From Eledone cirrhosa (taxonomy: Eukaryota): a stretch of DNA of 64,000 nt. The notes beneath the pieces are model-generated. The model was not told where the DNA came from. It made no database searches and saw nothing but the letters and a program-made list of their open reading frames with translations. Location: NCBI GenBank assembly GCA_964016885.1, contig OZ024744.1:23374001-23438000 (forward strand), written 5' to 3'. Shown here one piece after another: positions 1 to 12,200 of this stretch. A program made the position numbers and the translations under genes. The stretch's first letter is position 1, and each line of letters opens with the position of its first letter.

Positions 1-3000
1 GAACTGACTCATTTTAACAACAGTTGAATCTTAAGATAAAACTCGTTTTAACAACAGTTGAATCTTAAGAACTGACTCGTTTTAACAACGGCTGAATTTT
101 AAGATAAACTCGTTTTAACAACAGTTGAATCTTCAGAACTGACTCGTTTTAACAACAGCTAAATCTTAAGATAAAACTCGTTTTAACAACAGTTGAATCT
201 TAAGAACTGACTCGTTTTATCAACAGTTCAACCTTAAGAACTGACTCATCTTAACAACAGTTGAATCTTCAAATAAAATTCGTTTTAACAACAGTTGAAT
301 CTTAAGAACTGACTCGTTTTAACAACAGTTGAATCTTAAGATAAAACTCGTTTTAACAACAGTTGAATCTTAAGAACTGACTCATTTTAACAACAGCTGA
401 ATCTTAAGATAAAACTCGTTTTAACAACAGTTGAATCTTAAGATAAAATTCGTTTTAACAACAGTTGAATCTTAAGAACTGACTCGTTTTAACAACAGCT
501 GAATCTTAAGATAAAACTCGTTTTAACCACAGTTGAATCTTAAGAACTGACTCGTTTTATCAACAGTTCAACCTTAAGCACTGACTCGTTTTAACAACTG
601 TTGAATCTTCAAATAAAACTCGTTTTAACAACAGTTGATTCTTCAGAACTGACTCGTTTTAACAACAGTTGAATCTTAAGATAAAACTCGTTTTAACAAC
701 AGTTGAATCTTAAGAACTGACTCGTTTTAACAACGGCTGAATTTTAAGATAAACTCGTTTTAACAACAGTTGAATCTTAAGAACTGACTCGTTTTAACAA
801 CAGCTAAATCTTAAGATAAAACTCGTTTTAACAACAGTTGAATCTTAAGGTAAAATTCGTTTTAACAACAGTTGAATCTTAAGAACTGACTCGTTTTAAC
901 AACAGCTGAATCCTCAAATAAAACTCGTTTTAACAACAGTTGAATCTTAAGAACTGACTCGTTTTAACAACAGTTGAATCTTAAGATAAAACTCGTTTTA
1001 ACAACAGTTGAATTTTAAGAACTGACTCATTTTAACAACAGTTGAATCTTAAGAACTGATTCGTTTTAACAACAGTTGAATCTTCAGATAAAACTCGTTT
1101 TAACTACAGTTGAATCTTAAGAACTGACTAGTTTTAACAACAGTTGAATCTTAAGATAAAACTCGTTTTTACAACAGTTGAATCTTAAGAACTGACTCGT
1201 TTTAACAACAGTTGAATCTTAAGAACTGATTCGTTTTAACAACAGCTGAATCTTAAGATAAAACTCGTTTTACAACAGTTGAATCTTAAGAACTGACTCG
1301 TTTTATCAACAGTTCAACCTTAAAGAACTGACTCATCTTAACAACAGTTGAATCTTCAAATAAAACTCGTTTTAACAACAGTTGAATCTTAAGAACTGAT
1401 TCGTTTTAACAACAGCTGAATCTTAAGATAAAACTCGTTTTAACAACAGTTGAATCTTAAGAACTGACTCGTTTTAACAACGGCTGAATTTTAAGATAAA
1501 CTCGTTTTAACAACAGTTGAATCTTAAGAACTGACTCGTTTTAACAACAGCTAAATCTTAAGATAAAACTCGTTTTAACAACAGTTGAATCTTAAGAACT
1601 GACTCGTTTTATCAACAGTTCAACCTTAAGAACTGACTCATCTTAACAACAGTTGAATCTTCAAATAAAATTCGTTTTAACAACAGTTGAATCTTAAGAA
1701 CTGATTCGTTTTAACAACAGCTGAATCTTAAGATAAAACTCGTTTTAACAACAGTTGAATCTTAAGGTAAAATTCGTTTTAACAACAGTTGAATCTTAAG
1801 AACTGATTCGTTTTAACAACAGTTGAATCTTGAGATAAAACTCGTTTTAACAACAGTTGCATCTTAAGAACTGACTCATTTTAACAACAGTTGAATCTTA
1901 AGATAAAACTCGTTTTAACAACAGTTGAATCTTAAGAACTGACTCGTTTTAACAACAGCTGAATCTTAAGATAAAACTCGTTTTAACAACAGTTGAATCT
2001 TAAGAACTGACTCGTTTTATCAACAGTTCAACCTTAAGAACTGACTCATCTTAACAACAGTTGAATCTTCAAATAAAACTCGTTTTAACAACAGTTGAAT
2101 CTTAAGAACTGATTCGTTTTAACAACAGCTGAATCTTAAGATAAAACTCGTTTTAACAACAGTTGAATCTTAAGATAAAATTCGTATTAACAACAGTTGA
2201 ATCTTAAGAACTGACTCGTTTTAACAACAGATGAATCTTAAGATAAAACTCGTTTTAACAACAGTTGAATCTTAAGAACTGACTCGTTTTATCAACAGTT
2301 CAACCTTAAGCACTGACTCGTTTTAACAACAGTTGAATCTTCAAATAAAACTCGTTTTAACAACAGTTGATTCTTCAGAACTGACTCGTTTTAACAACAG
2401 ATGAATCTTAAGATAAAACTCGTTTTAACAACAGTTGAATCTTAAGAACTGACTCATTTTAACAACAGCTGAATCTGTAGATAAAACTCGATTTAACAAC
2501 AGTTGAATCTTAAGAACTGACTCGTTTTATCAAAAGTTCAACCTTAAGAACTGACTCGTTTTAACAACAGTTGAATCCTCAAATAAAACTCGTTTTAACA
2601 ACAGTTGAATCTTAAGAACTGACTCATTTTAACAACAGTTGAATCTTAAGAACTGACTCGTTTTAACAACGGCTGAATTTTAAGATAAACTCGTTTTAAC
2701 AACAGTTGAATCTTAAGAACTGACTCGTTTTAACAACAGCTAAATCTTAAGATAAAACTCGTTTTAACAACAGTTGAATCTTAAGAACTGACTCGTTTTA
2801 TCAACAGTGCAACCTTAAGAACTGACTCATCTTAACAACAGTTGAATCTTCAAATAAAACTCGTTTTAACAACAGTTGAATCTTAAGAACTGATTCGTTT
2901 TAACAACAGCTGAATCTTAAGATAAAACTCGTTTTAACAACAGTTGAATCTTAAGATAAAATTCGTATTAACAACAGTTGAATCTTAAGAACTGACTCGT

Positions 3001-6000
3001 TTTAACAACAGATGAATCTTAAGATAAAACTCGTTTTAACAACAGTGGAATCTTAAGAACTGACTCGTTTTATCAACAGTTCAACCTTAAGCACTGACTC
3101 GTTTTAACAACAGTTGAATCTTCAAATAAAACTCGTTTTAACAACAGTTGATTCTTCAGAACTGACTCGTTTTAACAACAGATGAATCTTAAGATAAAAC
3201 TCGTTTTAACAACAGTTGAATCTTAAGAACTGACTCATTTTAACAACAGCTGAATCTGTAGATAAAACTCGTTTTAACAACAGTTGAATCTTAAGAACTG
3301 ACTCGTTTTATCAACAGTTCAACCTTAAGAACTGACTCGTTTTAACAACAGTTGAATCCTCAAATAAAACTCGTTTTAACAACAGTTGAATCTTAAGAAC
3401 TGACTCATTTTAACAACAGTTGAATCTTAAGATAAAACTCGTTTTAACAACAGTTGAATCTTAAGAACTGACTCGTTTTAACAACGGCTGAATTTTAAGA
3501 TAAACTCGTTTTAACAACAGTTGAATCTTAAGAACTGACTCGTTTTAACAACAGCTAAATCTTAAGATAAAACTCGTTTTAACAACAGTTGAATCTTAAG
3601 AACTGACTCGTTTTATCAACAGTTCAACCTTAAGAACTGACTCATCTTAACAACAGTTGAATCTTCAAATAAAATTCGTTTTAACAACAGTTGAATCTTA
3701 AGAACTGACTCGTTTTAACAACAGTTGAATCTTAAGATAAAACTCGTTTTAACAACAGTTGAATCTTAAAAACTGACTCATTTTAACAACAGCTGAATCT
3801 TAAGATAAAACTCGTTTTAACAACAGTTGAATCTTAAGATAAAATTCGTTTTAACAACAGTTGAATCTTAAGAACTGACTCGTTTTAACAACAGCTGAAT
3901 CTTAAGATAAAACTCGTTTTAACAACAGTTGAATCTTAAGAACTGACTCGTTTTATCAACAGTTCAACCTTAAGCACTGACTCGTTTTAACAACAGTTGA
4001 ATCTTCAAATAAAACTCGTTTTAACAACAGTTGATTCTTCAGAACTGACTCGTTTTAACAACAGTTGAATCTTAAGATAAAACTCGTTTTAACAACAGTT
4101 GAATCTTAAGAACTGACTCGTTTTAACAACGGCTGAATTTTAAGATAAACTCGTTTTAACAACAGTTGAATCTTAAGAACTGACTCGTTTTAACAACAGC
4201 TAAATCTTAAGATAAAACTCGTTTTAACAACAGTTGAATCTTAAGGTAAAATTCGTTTTAACAACAGTTGAATCTTAAGAACTGACTCGTTTTAACAACA
4301 GCTGAATCCTCAAATAAAACTCGTTTTAACAACAGTTGAATCTTAAGAACTGACTCGTTTTAACAACAGTTGAATCTTAAGATAAAACTGGTTTTAACAA
4401 CAGTTGAATTTTAAGAACTGACTCATTTTAACAACAGTTGAATCTTAAGAACTGATTCGTTTTAACAACAGTTGAATCTTCAGATAAAACTCGTTTTAAC
4501 TACAGTTGAATCTTAAGAACTGACTAGTTTTAACAACAGTTGAATCTTAAGATAAAACTCGTTTTTACAACAGTTGAATCTTAAGAACTGACTCGTTTTA
4601 ACAACAGTTGAATCTTAAGAACTGATTCGTTTTAACAACAGCTGAATCTTAAGATAAAACTCGTTTTACAACAGTTGAATCTTAAGAACTGACTCGTTTT
4701 ATCAACAGTTCAACCTTAAAGAACTGACTCATCTTAACAACAGTTGAATCTTCAAATAAAACTCGTTTTAACAACAGTTGAATCTTAAGAACTGATTCGT
4801 TTTAACAACAGCTGAATCTTAAGATAAAACTCGTTTTAACAACAGTTGAATCTTAAGAACTGACTCGTTTTAACAACGGCTGAATTTTAAGATAAACTCG
4901 TTTTAACAACAGTTGAATCTTAAGAACTGAATCGTTTTAACAACAGCTAAATCTTAAGATAAAACTCGTTTTAACAACAGTTGAATCTTAAGAACTGACT
5001 CGTTTTATCAACAGTTCAACCTTAAGAACTGACTCATCTTAACAACAGTTGAATCTTCAAATAAAATTCGTTTTAACAACAGTTGAATCTTAAGAACTGA
5101 TTCGTTTTAACAACAGCTGAATCTTAAGATAAAACTCGTTTTAACAACAGTTGAATCTTAAGGTAAAATTCGTTTTAACAACAGTTGAATCTTAAGAACT
5201 GACTCGTTTTAACAACAGTTGAATCTTGAGATAAAACTCGTTTTAACAACAGTTGAATCTTAAGAACTGACTCATTTTAACAACAGTTGAATCTTAAGAT
5301 AAAACTCGTTTTAACAACAGTTGAATCTTAAGAACTGACTCGTTTTAACAACAGCTGAATCTTAAGATAAAACTCGTTTTACAACAGTTGAATCTTAAGA
5401 ACTGACTCGTTTTATCAACAGTTCAACCTTAAGAACTGACTCATCTTAACAACAGTTGAATCTTCAAATAAAACTCGTTTTAACAACAGTTGAATCTTAA
5501 GAACTGATTCGTTTTAACAACAAGTGAATCTTAAGATAAAACTCGTTTTAACAACAGTTGAATCTTAAGATAAAATTCGTATTAACAACAGTTGAATCTT
5601 AAGAACTGACTCGTTTTAACAACAGATGAATCTTAAGATAAAACTCGTTTTAACAACAGTTGAATCTTAAGAACTGACTCGTTTTATCAACAGTTCAACC
5701 TTAAGCACTGACTCGTTTTAACAACAGTTGAATCTTCAAATAAAACTCGTTTTAACAACAGTTGATTCTTCAGAACTGACTCGTTTTAACAACAGATGAA
5801 TCTTAAGATAAAACTCGTTTTAACAACAGTTGAATCTGAAGAACTGACTCATTTTAACAACAGCTGAATCTGTAGATAAAACTCGTTTTAACAACAGTTG
5901 AATCTTAAGAACTGACTCGTTTTATCAACAGTTCAACCTTAAGAACTGACTCGTTTTAACAACAGTTGAATCCTCAAATAAAACTCGTTTTAACAACAGT

Positions 6001-6255
6001 TGAATCTTAAGAACTGACTCATTTTAACAACAGTTGAATCTTAAGAACTGACTCGTTTTAACAACGGCTGAATTTTAAGATAAACTCGTTTTAACAACAG
6101 TTGAATCTTAAGAACTGACTCGTTTTAACAACAGCTAAATCTTAAGATAAAACTCGTTTTAACAACAGTTGAATCTTAAGAACTGACTCGTTTTATCAAC
6201 AGTTCAACCTTAAGAACTGACTCATCTTAACAACAGTTGAATCTTCAAATAAAAT
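1..6255. repeat. Block duplication ~1-2860 / ~3397-6255 (offset 3396-3395 bp, 100 monomers)
   Basis: Same monomer-variant order. The 35-bp CCTTAAAGAACTG variant has GAACTG at 1325 and 4721. CTGTAG lies at 2475 and 5870, after a 1-bp deletion in the second copy. Confidence 0.85.
1990..3430. repeat. Tandem pair of a 781-bp (23-monomer) higher-order unit; the same period recurs at ~8080-9270
   Basis: GTATTAAC at 2184/2965; CTGTAG at 2475/3256 and 8348/9129; GATG (CAGATG variant) at 8103/8884. All pairs are 781 bp apart. Confidence 0.85.
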
Positions 6256-9200
6256 TCGTTTTAACAACAGTTGAATCTTAAGAACTGACTCGTTTTAACA
6301 ACAGTTGAATCTTAAGATAAAACTCGTTTTAACAACAGTTGAATCTTAAAAACTGACTCATTTTAACAACAGCTGAATCTTAAGATAAAACTCGTTTTAA
6401 CAACAGTTGAATCTTAAGATAAAATTCGTTTTAACAACAGTTGAATCTTAAGAACTGACTCGTTTTAACAACAGCTGAATCTTAAGATAAAACTCGTTTT
6501 AACAACAGTTGAATCTTAATAACTGACTCGTTTTATCAACAGTTCAACCTTAAGCACTGACTCGTTTTAACAACAGTTGAATCCTCAAATAAAACTCGTT
6601 TTAACAAAAGTTGAATCTTAAGAACTGACTCGTTTTAACAACAGTTGAATCTTAAGATAAAACTCGTTTTAACAACAGTTGAATCTTAAGAACTGACTCA
6701 TTTTAACAACAGTTGAATCTTAAGAACTGATTCGTTTTAACAACAGTTGAATCTTCAGATAAAACTCGTTTTAACTACAGTTGAATCTTAAGAACTGACT
6801 AGTTTTAACAACAGTTGAATCTTAAGATAAAACTCGTTTTAACAACGGTTGAATCTTAAGAACTGGCTCATTTTAACAACGGTTGAATCTTAAGAACTGG
6901 CTCATTTTAACAACAGTTGAATCTTAAGAACTTATTCGTTTTAACAACAGTTGAATCTTAAGATAAAACTCGTTTTAACAACAGTTGAATCTTAAGAACT
7001 GACTCGTTTTAACAACAGCTGAATCTTAAGATAAAACTCGTTTTACAACAGTTGAATCTTAAGAACTGACTCGTTTTATCAACAGTTCAACCTTAAGAAC
7101 TGACTCATCTTAACAACAGTTGAATCTTCAAATAAAACTCGTTTTAACAACAGTTGAATCTTAAGAACTGATTCGTTTTAACAACAGCTGAATCTTAAGA
7201 TAAAACTCGTTTTAACAACAGTTGAATCTTAAGATAAAATTCGTTTTAAAAACAGTTGAATCTTAAGAACTGACTCGTTTTAACAACAGCTGAATCTTAA
7301 GATAAAACTCGTTTTAACAACAGTTGAATCTTAAGAACTGATTCGTTTTAACAACAGCTGAATCTTAAGATAAAACTCGTTTTAACAACAGTTGAATCTT
7401 AAGAACTGACTCGTTTTAACAACGGCTGAATTTTAAGATAAACTCGTTTTAACAACAGTTGAATCTTAAGAACTGACTCGTTTTAACAACAGCTAAATCT
7501 TAAGATAAAACTCGTTTTAACAACAGTTGAATCTTAAGAACTGACTCGTTTTATCAACAGTTCAACCTTAAGAACTGACTCATCTTAACAACAGTTGAAT
7601 CTTCAAATAAAATTCGTTTTAACAACAGTTGAATCTTAAGAACTGATTCGTTTTAACAACAGCTGAATCTTAAGATAAAACTCGTTTTAACAACAGTTGA
7701 ATCTTAAGGTAAAATTCGTTTTAACAACAGTTGAATCTTAAGAACTGACTCGTTTTAACAACAGTTGAATCTTGAGATAAAACTCGTTTTAACAACAGTT
7801 GAATCTTAAGAACTGACTCATTTTAACAACAGTTGAATCTTAAGATAAAACTCGTTTTAACAACAGTTGAATCTTAAGAACTGACTCGTTTTAACAACAG
7901 CTGAATCTTAAGATAAAACTCGTTTTACAACAGTTGAATCTTAAGAACTGACTCGTTTTATCAACAGTTCAACCTTAAGAACTGACTCATCTTAACAACA
8001 GTTGAATCTTCAAATAAAACTCGTTTTAACAACAGTTGAATCTTAAGAACTGATTCGTTTTAACAACAGCTGAATCTTAAGAACTGACTCGTTTTAACAA
8101 CAGATGAATCTTAAGATAAAACTCGTTTTAACAACAGTTGAATCTTAAGAACTGACTCGTTTTATCAACAGTTCAACCTTAAGCACTGACTCGTTTTAAC
8201 AACAGTTGAATCTTCAAATAAAACTCGTTTTAACAACAGTTGATTCTTCAGAACTGACTCGTTTTAACAACAGATGAATCTTAAGATAAAACTCGTTTTA
8301 ACAACAGTTGAATCTTAAGAACTGACTCATTTTAACAACAGCTGAATCTGTAGATAAAACTCGTTTTAACAACAGTTGAATCTTAAGAACTGACTCGTTT
8401 TATCAACAGTTCAACCTTAAGAACTGACTCGTTTTAACAACAGTTGAATCCTCAAATAAAACTCGTTTTAACAACAGTTGAATCTTAAGAACTGACTCAT
8501 TTTAACAACAGTTGAATCTTAAGAACTGACTCGTTTTAACAACGGCTGAATTTTAAGATAAACTCGTTTTAACAACAGTTGAATCTTAAGAACTGACTCG
8601 TTTTAACAACAGCTAAATCTTAAGATAAAACTCGTTTTAACAACAGTTGAATCTTAAGAACTGACTCGTTTTATCAACAGTTCAACCTTAAGAACTGACT
8701 CATCTTAACAACAGTTGAATCTTCAAATAAAACTCGTTTTAACAACAGTTGAATCTTAAGAACTGATTCGTTTTAACAACAGCTGAATCTTAAGATAAAA
8801 CTCGTTTTAACAACAGTTGAATCTTAAGATAAAATTCGTATTAACAACAGTTGAATCTTAAGAACTGACTCGTTTTAACAACAGATGAATCTTAAGATAA
8901 TACTCGTTTTAACAACAGTTGAATCTTAAGAACTGACTCGTTTTATCAACAGTTCAACCTTAAGCACTGACTCGTTTTAACAACAGTTGAATCTTCAAAT
9001 AAAACTCGTTTTAACAACAGTTGATTCTTCAGAACTGACTCGTTTTAACAACAGATGAATCTTAAGATAAAACTCGTTTTAACAACAGTTGAATCTTAAG
9101 AACTGACTCATTTTAACAACAGCTGAATCTGTAGATAAAACTCGTTTTAACAACAGTTGAATCTTAAGAACTGACTCGTTTTATCAACAGTTCAACCTTA

Positions 9201-9269
9201 AGAAGTGACTCGTTTTAACAACAGTTGAATCCTCGAATAAAACTCGTTTTAACAACAGTTGAATCTTAA

Positions 9270-12200
9270 GAACTGACTCGTTTTAACAACAGCTAAATCT
9301 TAAGATAAAACTCGTTTTAACAACAGTTGAATCTTAAGAACTGACTCGTTTTATCAACAGTTCAACCTTAAGAACTGACTCATCTTAACAACAGTTGAAT
9401 CTTCAAATAAAATTCGTTTTAACAACAGTTGAATCTTAAGAACTGACTCGTTTTAACAACAGTTGAATCTTAAGATAAAACTCGTTTTAACAACAGTTGA
9501 ATCTTAAGAACTGACTCATTTTAACAACAGCTGAATCTTAAGATAAAACTCGTTTTAACAACAGTTGAATCTTAAGATAAAATTCGTTTTAACAACAGTT
9601 GAATCTTAAGAACTGACTCGTTTTAACAACAGCTGAATCTTAAGATAAAACTCGTTTTAACAACAGTTGAATCTTAAGAACTGACTCGTTTTATCAACAG
9701 TTCAACCTTAAGCACTGACTCGTTTTAACAACAGTTGAATCTTCAAATAAAACTCGTTTTAACAACAGTTGATTCTTCAGAACTGACTCGTTTTAACAAC
9801 AGTTGAATCTTAAGATAAAACTCGTTTTAACAACAGTTGAATCTTAAGAACTGACTCGTTTTAACAACGGCTGAATTTTAAGATAAACTCGTTTTAACAA
9901 CAGTCGAATCTTAAGAACTGACTCGTTTTAACAACAGCTAAATCTTAAGATAAAACTCGTTTTAACAACAGTTGAATCTTAAGGTAAAATTCGTTTTAAC
10001 AACAGTTGAATCTTAAGAACTGACTCGTTTTAACAACAGCTGAATCCTCAAATAAAACTCGTTTTAACAACAGTTGAATCTTAAGAACTGACTCGTTTTA
10101 ACAACAGTTGAATCTTAAGATAAAACTGGTTTTAACAACAGTTGAATTTTAAGAACTGACTCATTTTAACAACAGTTGAATCTTAAGAACTGATTCGTTT
10201 TAACAACAGTTGAATCTTCAGATAAAACTCGTTTTAACTACAGTTGAATCTTAAGAACTGACTAGTTTTAACAACAGTTGAATCTTAAGATAAAACTCGT
10301 TTTTACAACAGTTGAATCTTAAGAACTGACTCGTTTTAACAACAGTTGAATCTTAAGAACTGATTCGTTTTAACAACAGCTGAATCTTAAGATAGAACTC
10401 GTTTTACAACAGTTGAATCTTAAGAACTGACTCGTTTTATCAACAGTTCAACCTTAAAGAACTGACTCATCTTAACAACAGTTGAATCTTCAAATAAAAC
10501 TCGTTTTAACAACAGTTGAATCTTAAGAACTGATTCGTTTTAACAACAGCTGAATCTTAAGATAAAACTCGTTTTAACAACAGTTGAATCTTAAGAACTG
10601 ACTCGTTTTAACAACGGCTGAATTTTAAGATAAACTCGTTTTAACAACAGTTGAATCTTAAGAACTGACTCGTTTTAACAACAGCTAAATCTTAAGATAA
10701 AACTCGTTTTAACAACAGTTGAATCTTAAGAACTGACTCGTTTTATCAACAGTTCAACCTTAAGAACTGACTCATCTTAACAACAGTTGAATCTTCAAAT
10801 AAAATTCGTTTTAACAACAGTTGAATCTTAAGAACTGATTCGTTTTAACAACAGCTGAATCTTAAGATAAAACTCGTTTTAACAACAGTTGAATCTTAAG
10901 GTAAAATTCGTTTTAACAACAGTTGAATCTTAAGAACTGACTCGTTTTAACAACAGTTGAATCTTGAGATAAAACTCGTTTTAACAACAGTTTAATCTTA
11001 AGAACTGACTCATTTTAACAACAGTTGAATCTTAAGATAAAACTCGTTTTAACAACAGTTGAATCTTAAGAACTGACTCGTTTTAACAACAGCTGAATCT
11101 TAAGATAAAACTCGTTTTACAACAGTTGAATCTTAAGAACTGACTCGTTTTATCAACAGTTCAACCTTAAGAACTGACTCATCTTAACAACAGTTGAATC
11201 TTCAAATAAAACTCGTTTTAACAACAGTTGAATCTTAAGAACTGATTCGTTTTAACAACAAGTGAATCTTAAGATAAAACTCGTTTTAACAACAGTTGAA
11301 TCTTAAGATAAAATTCGTATTAACAACAGTTGAATCTTAAGAACTGACTCGTTTTAACAACAGATGAATCTTAAGATAAAACTCGTTTTAACAACAGTTG
11401 AATCTTAAGAACTGACTCGTTTTATCAACAGTTCAACCTTAAGCACTGACTCGTTTTAACAACAGTTGAATCTTCAAATAAAACTCGTTTTAACAACAGT
11501 TGATTCTTCAGAACTGACTCGTTTTAACAACAGATGAATCTTAAGATAAAACTCGTTTTAACAACAGTTGAATCTGAAGAACTGACTCATTTTAACAACA
11601 GCTGAATCTGTAGATAAAACTCGTTTTAACAACAGTTGAATCTTAAGAACTGACTCGTTTTATCAACAGTTCAACCTTAAGAACTGACTCGTTTTAACAA
11701 CAGTTGAATACTCAAATAAAACTCGTTTTAACAACAGTTGAATCTTAAGAACTGACTCATTTTAACAACAGTTGAATCTTAAGAACTGACTCGTTTTAAC
11801 AACGGCTGAATTTTAAGATAAACTCGTTTTAACAACAGTTGAATCTTAAGAACTGACTCGTTTTAACAACAGCTAAATCTTAAGATAAAACTCGTTTTAA
11901 CAACAGTTGAATCTTAAGAACTGACTCGTTTTATCAACAGTTCAACCTTAAGAACTGACTCATCTTAACAACAGTTGAATCTTCAAATAAAATTCGTTTT
12001 AACAACAGTTGAATCTTAAGAACTGACTCGTTTTAACAACAGTTGAATCTTAAGATAAAACTCGTTTTAACAACAGTTGAATCTTAAGAACTGACTCATT
12101 TTAACAACAGCTGAATCTTAAGATAAAACTCGTTTTAACAACAGTTGAATCTTAAGATAAAATTCGTTTTAACAACAGTTGAATCTTAAGAACTGACTCG

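Noticed and set aside
181-1000. CRISPR array: the stretch GTTTTA...TAAAAC (32 nt) superficially resembles type II CRISPR repeat termini
   Set aside because: Units abut directly with no unique spacers, variation is limited to a few recurrent alleles, and there are no cas genes or leader in 64 kb.
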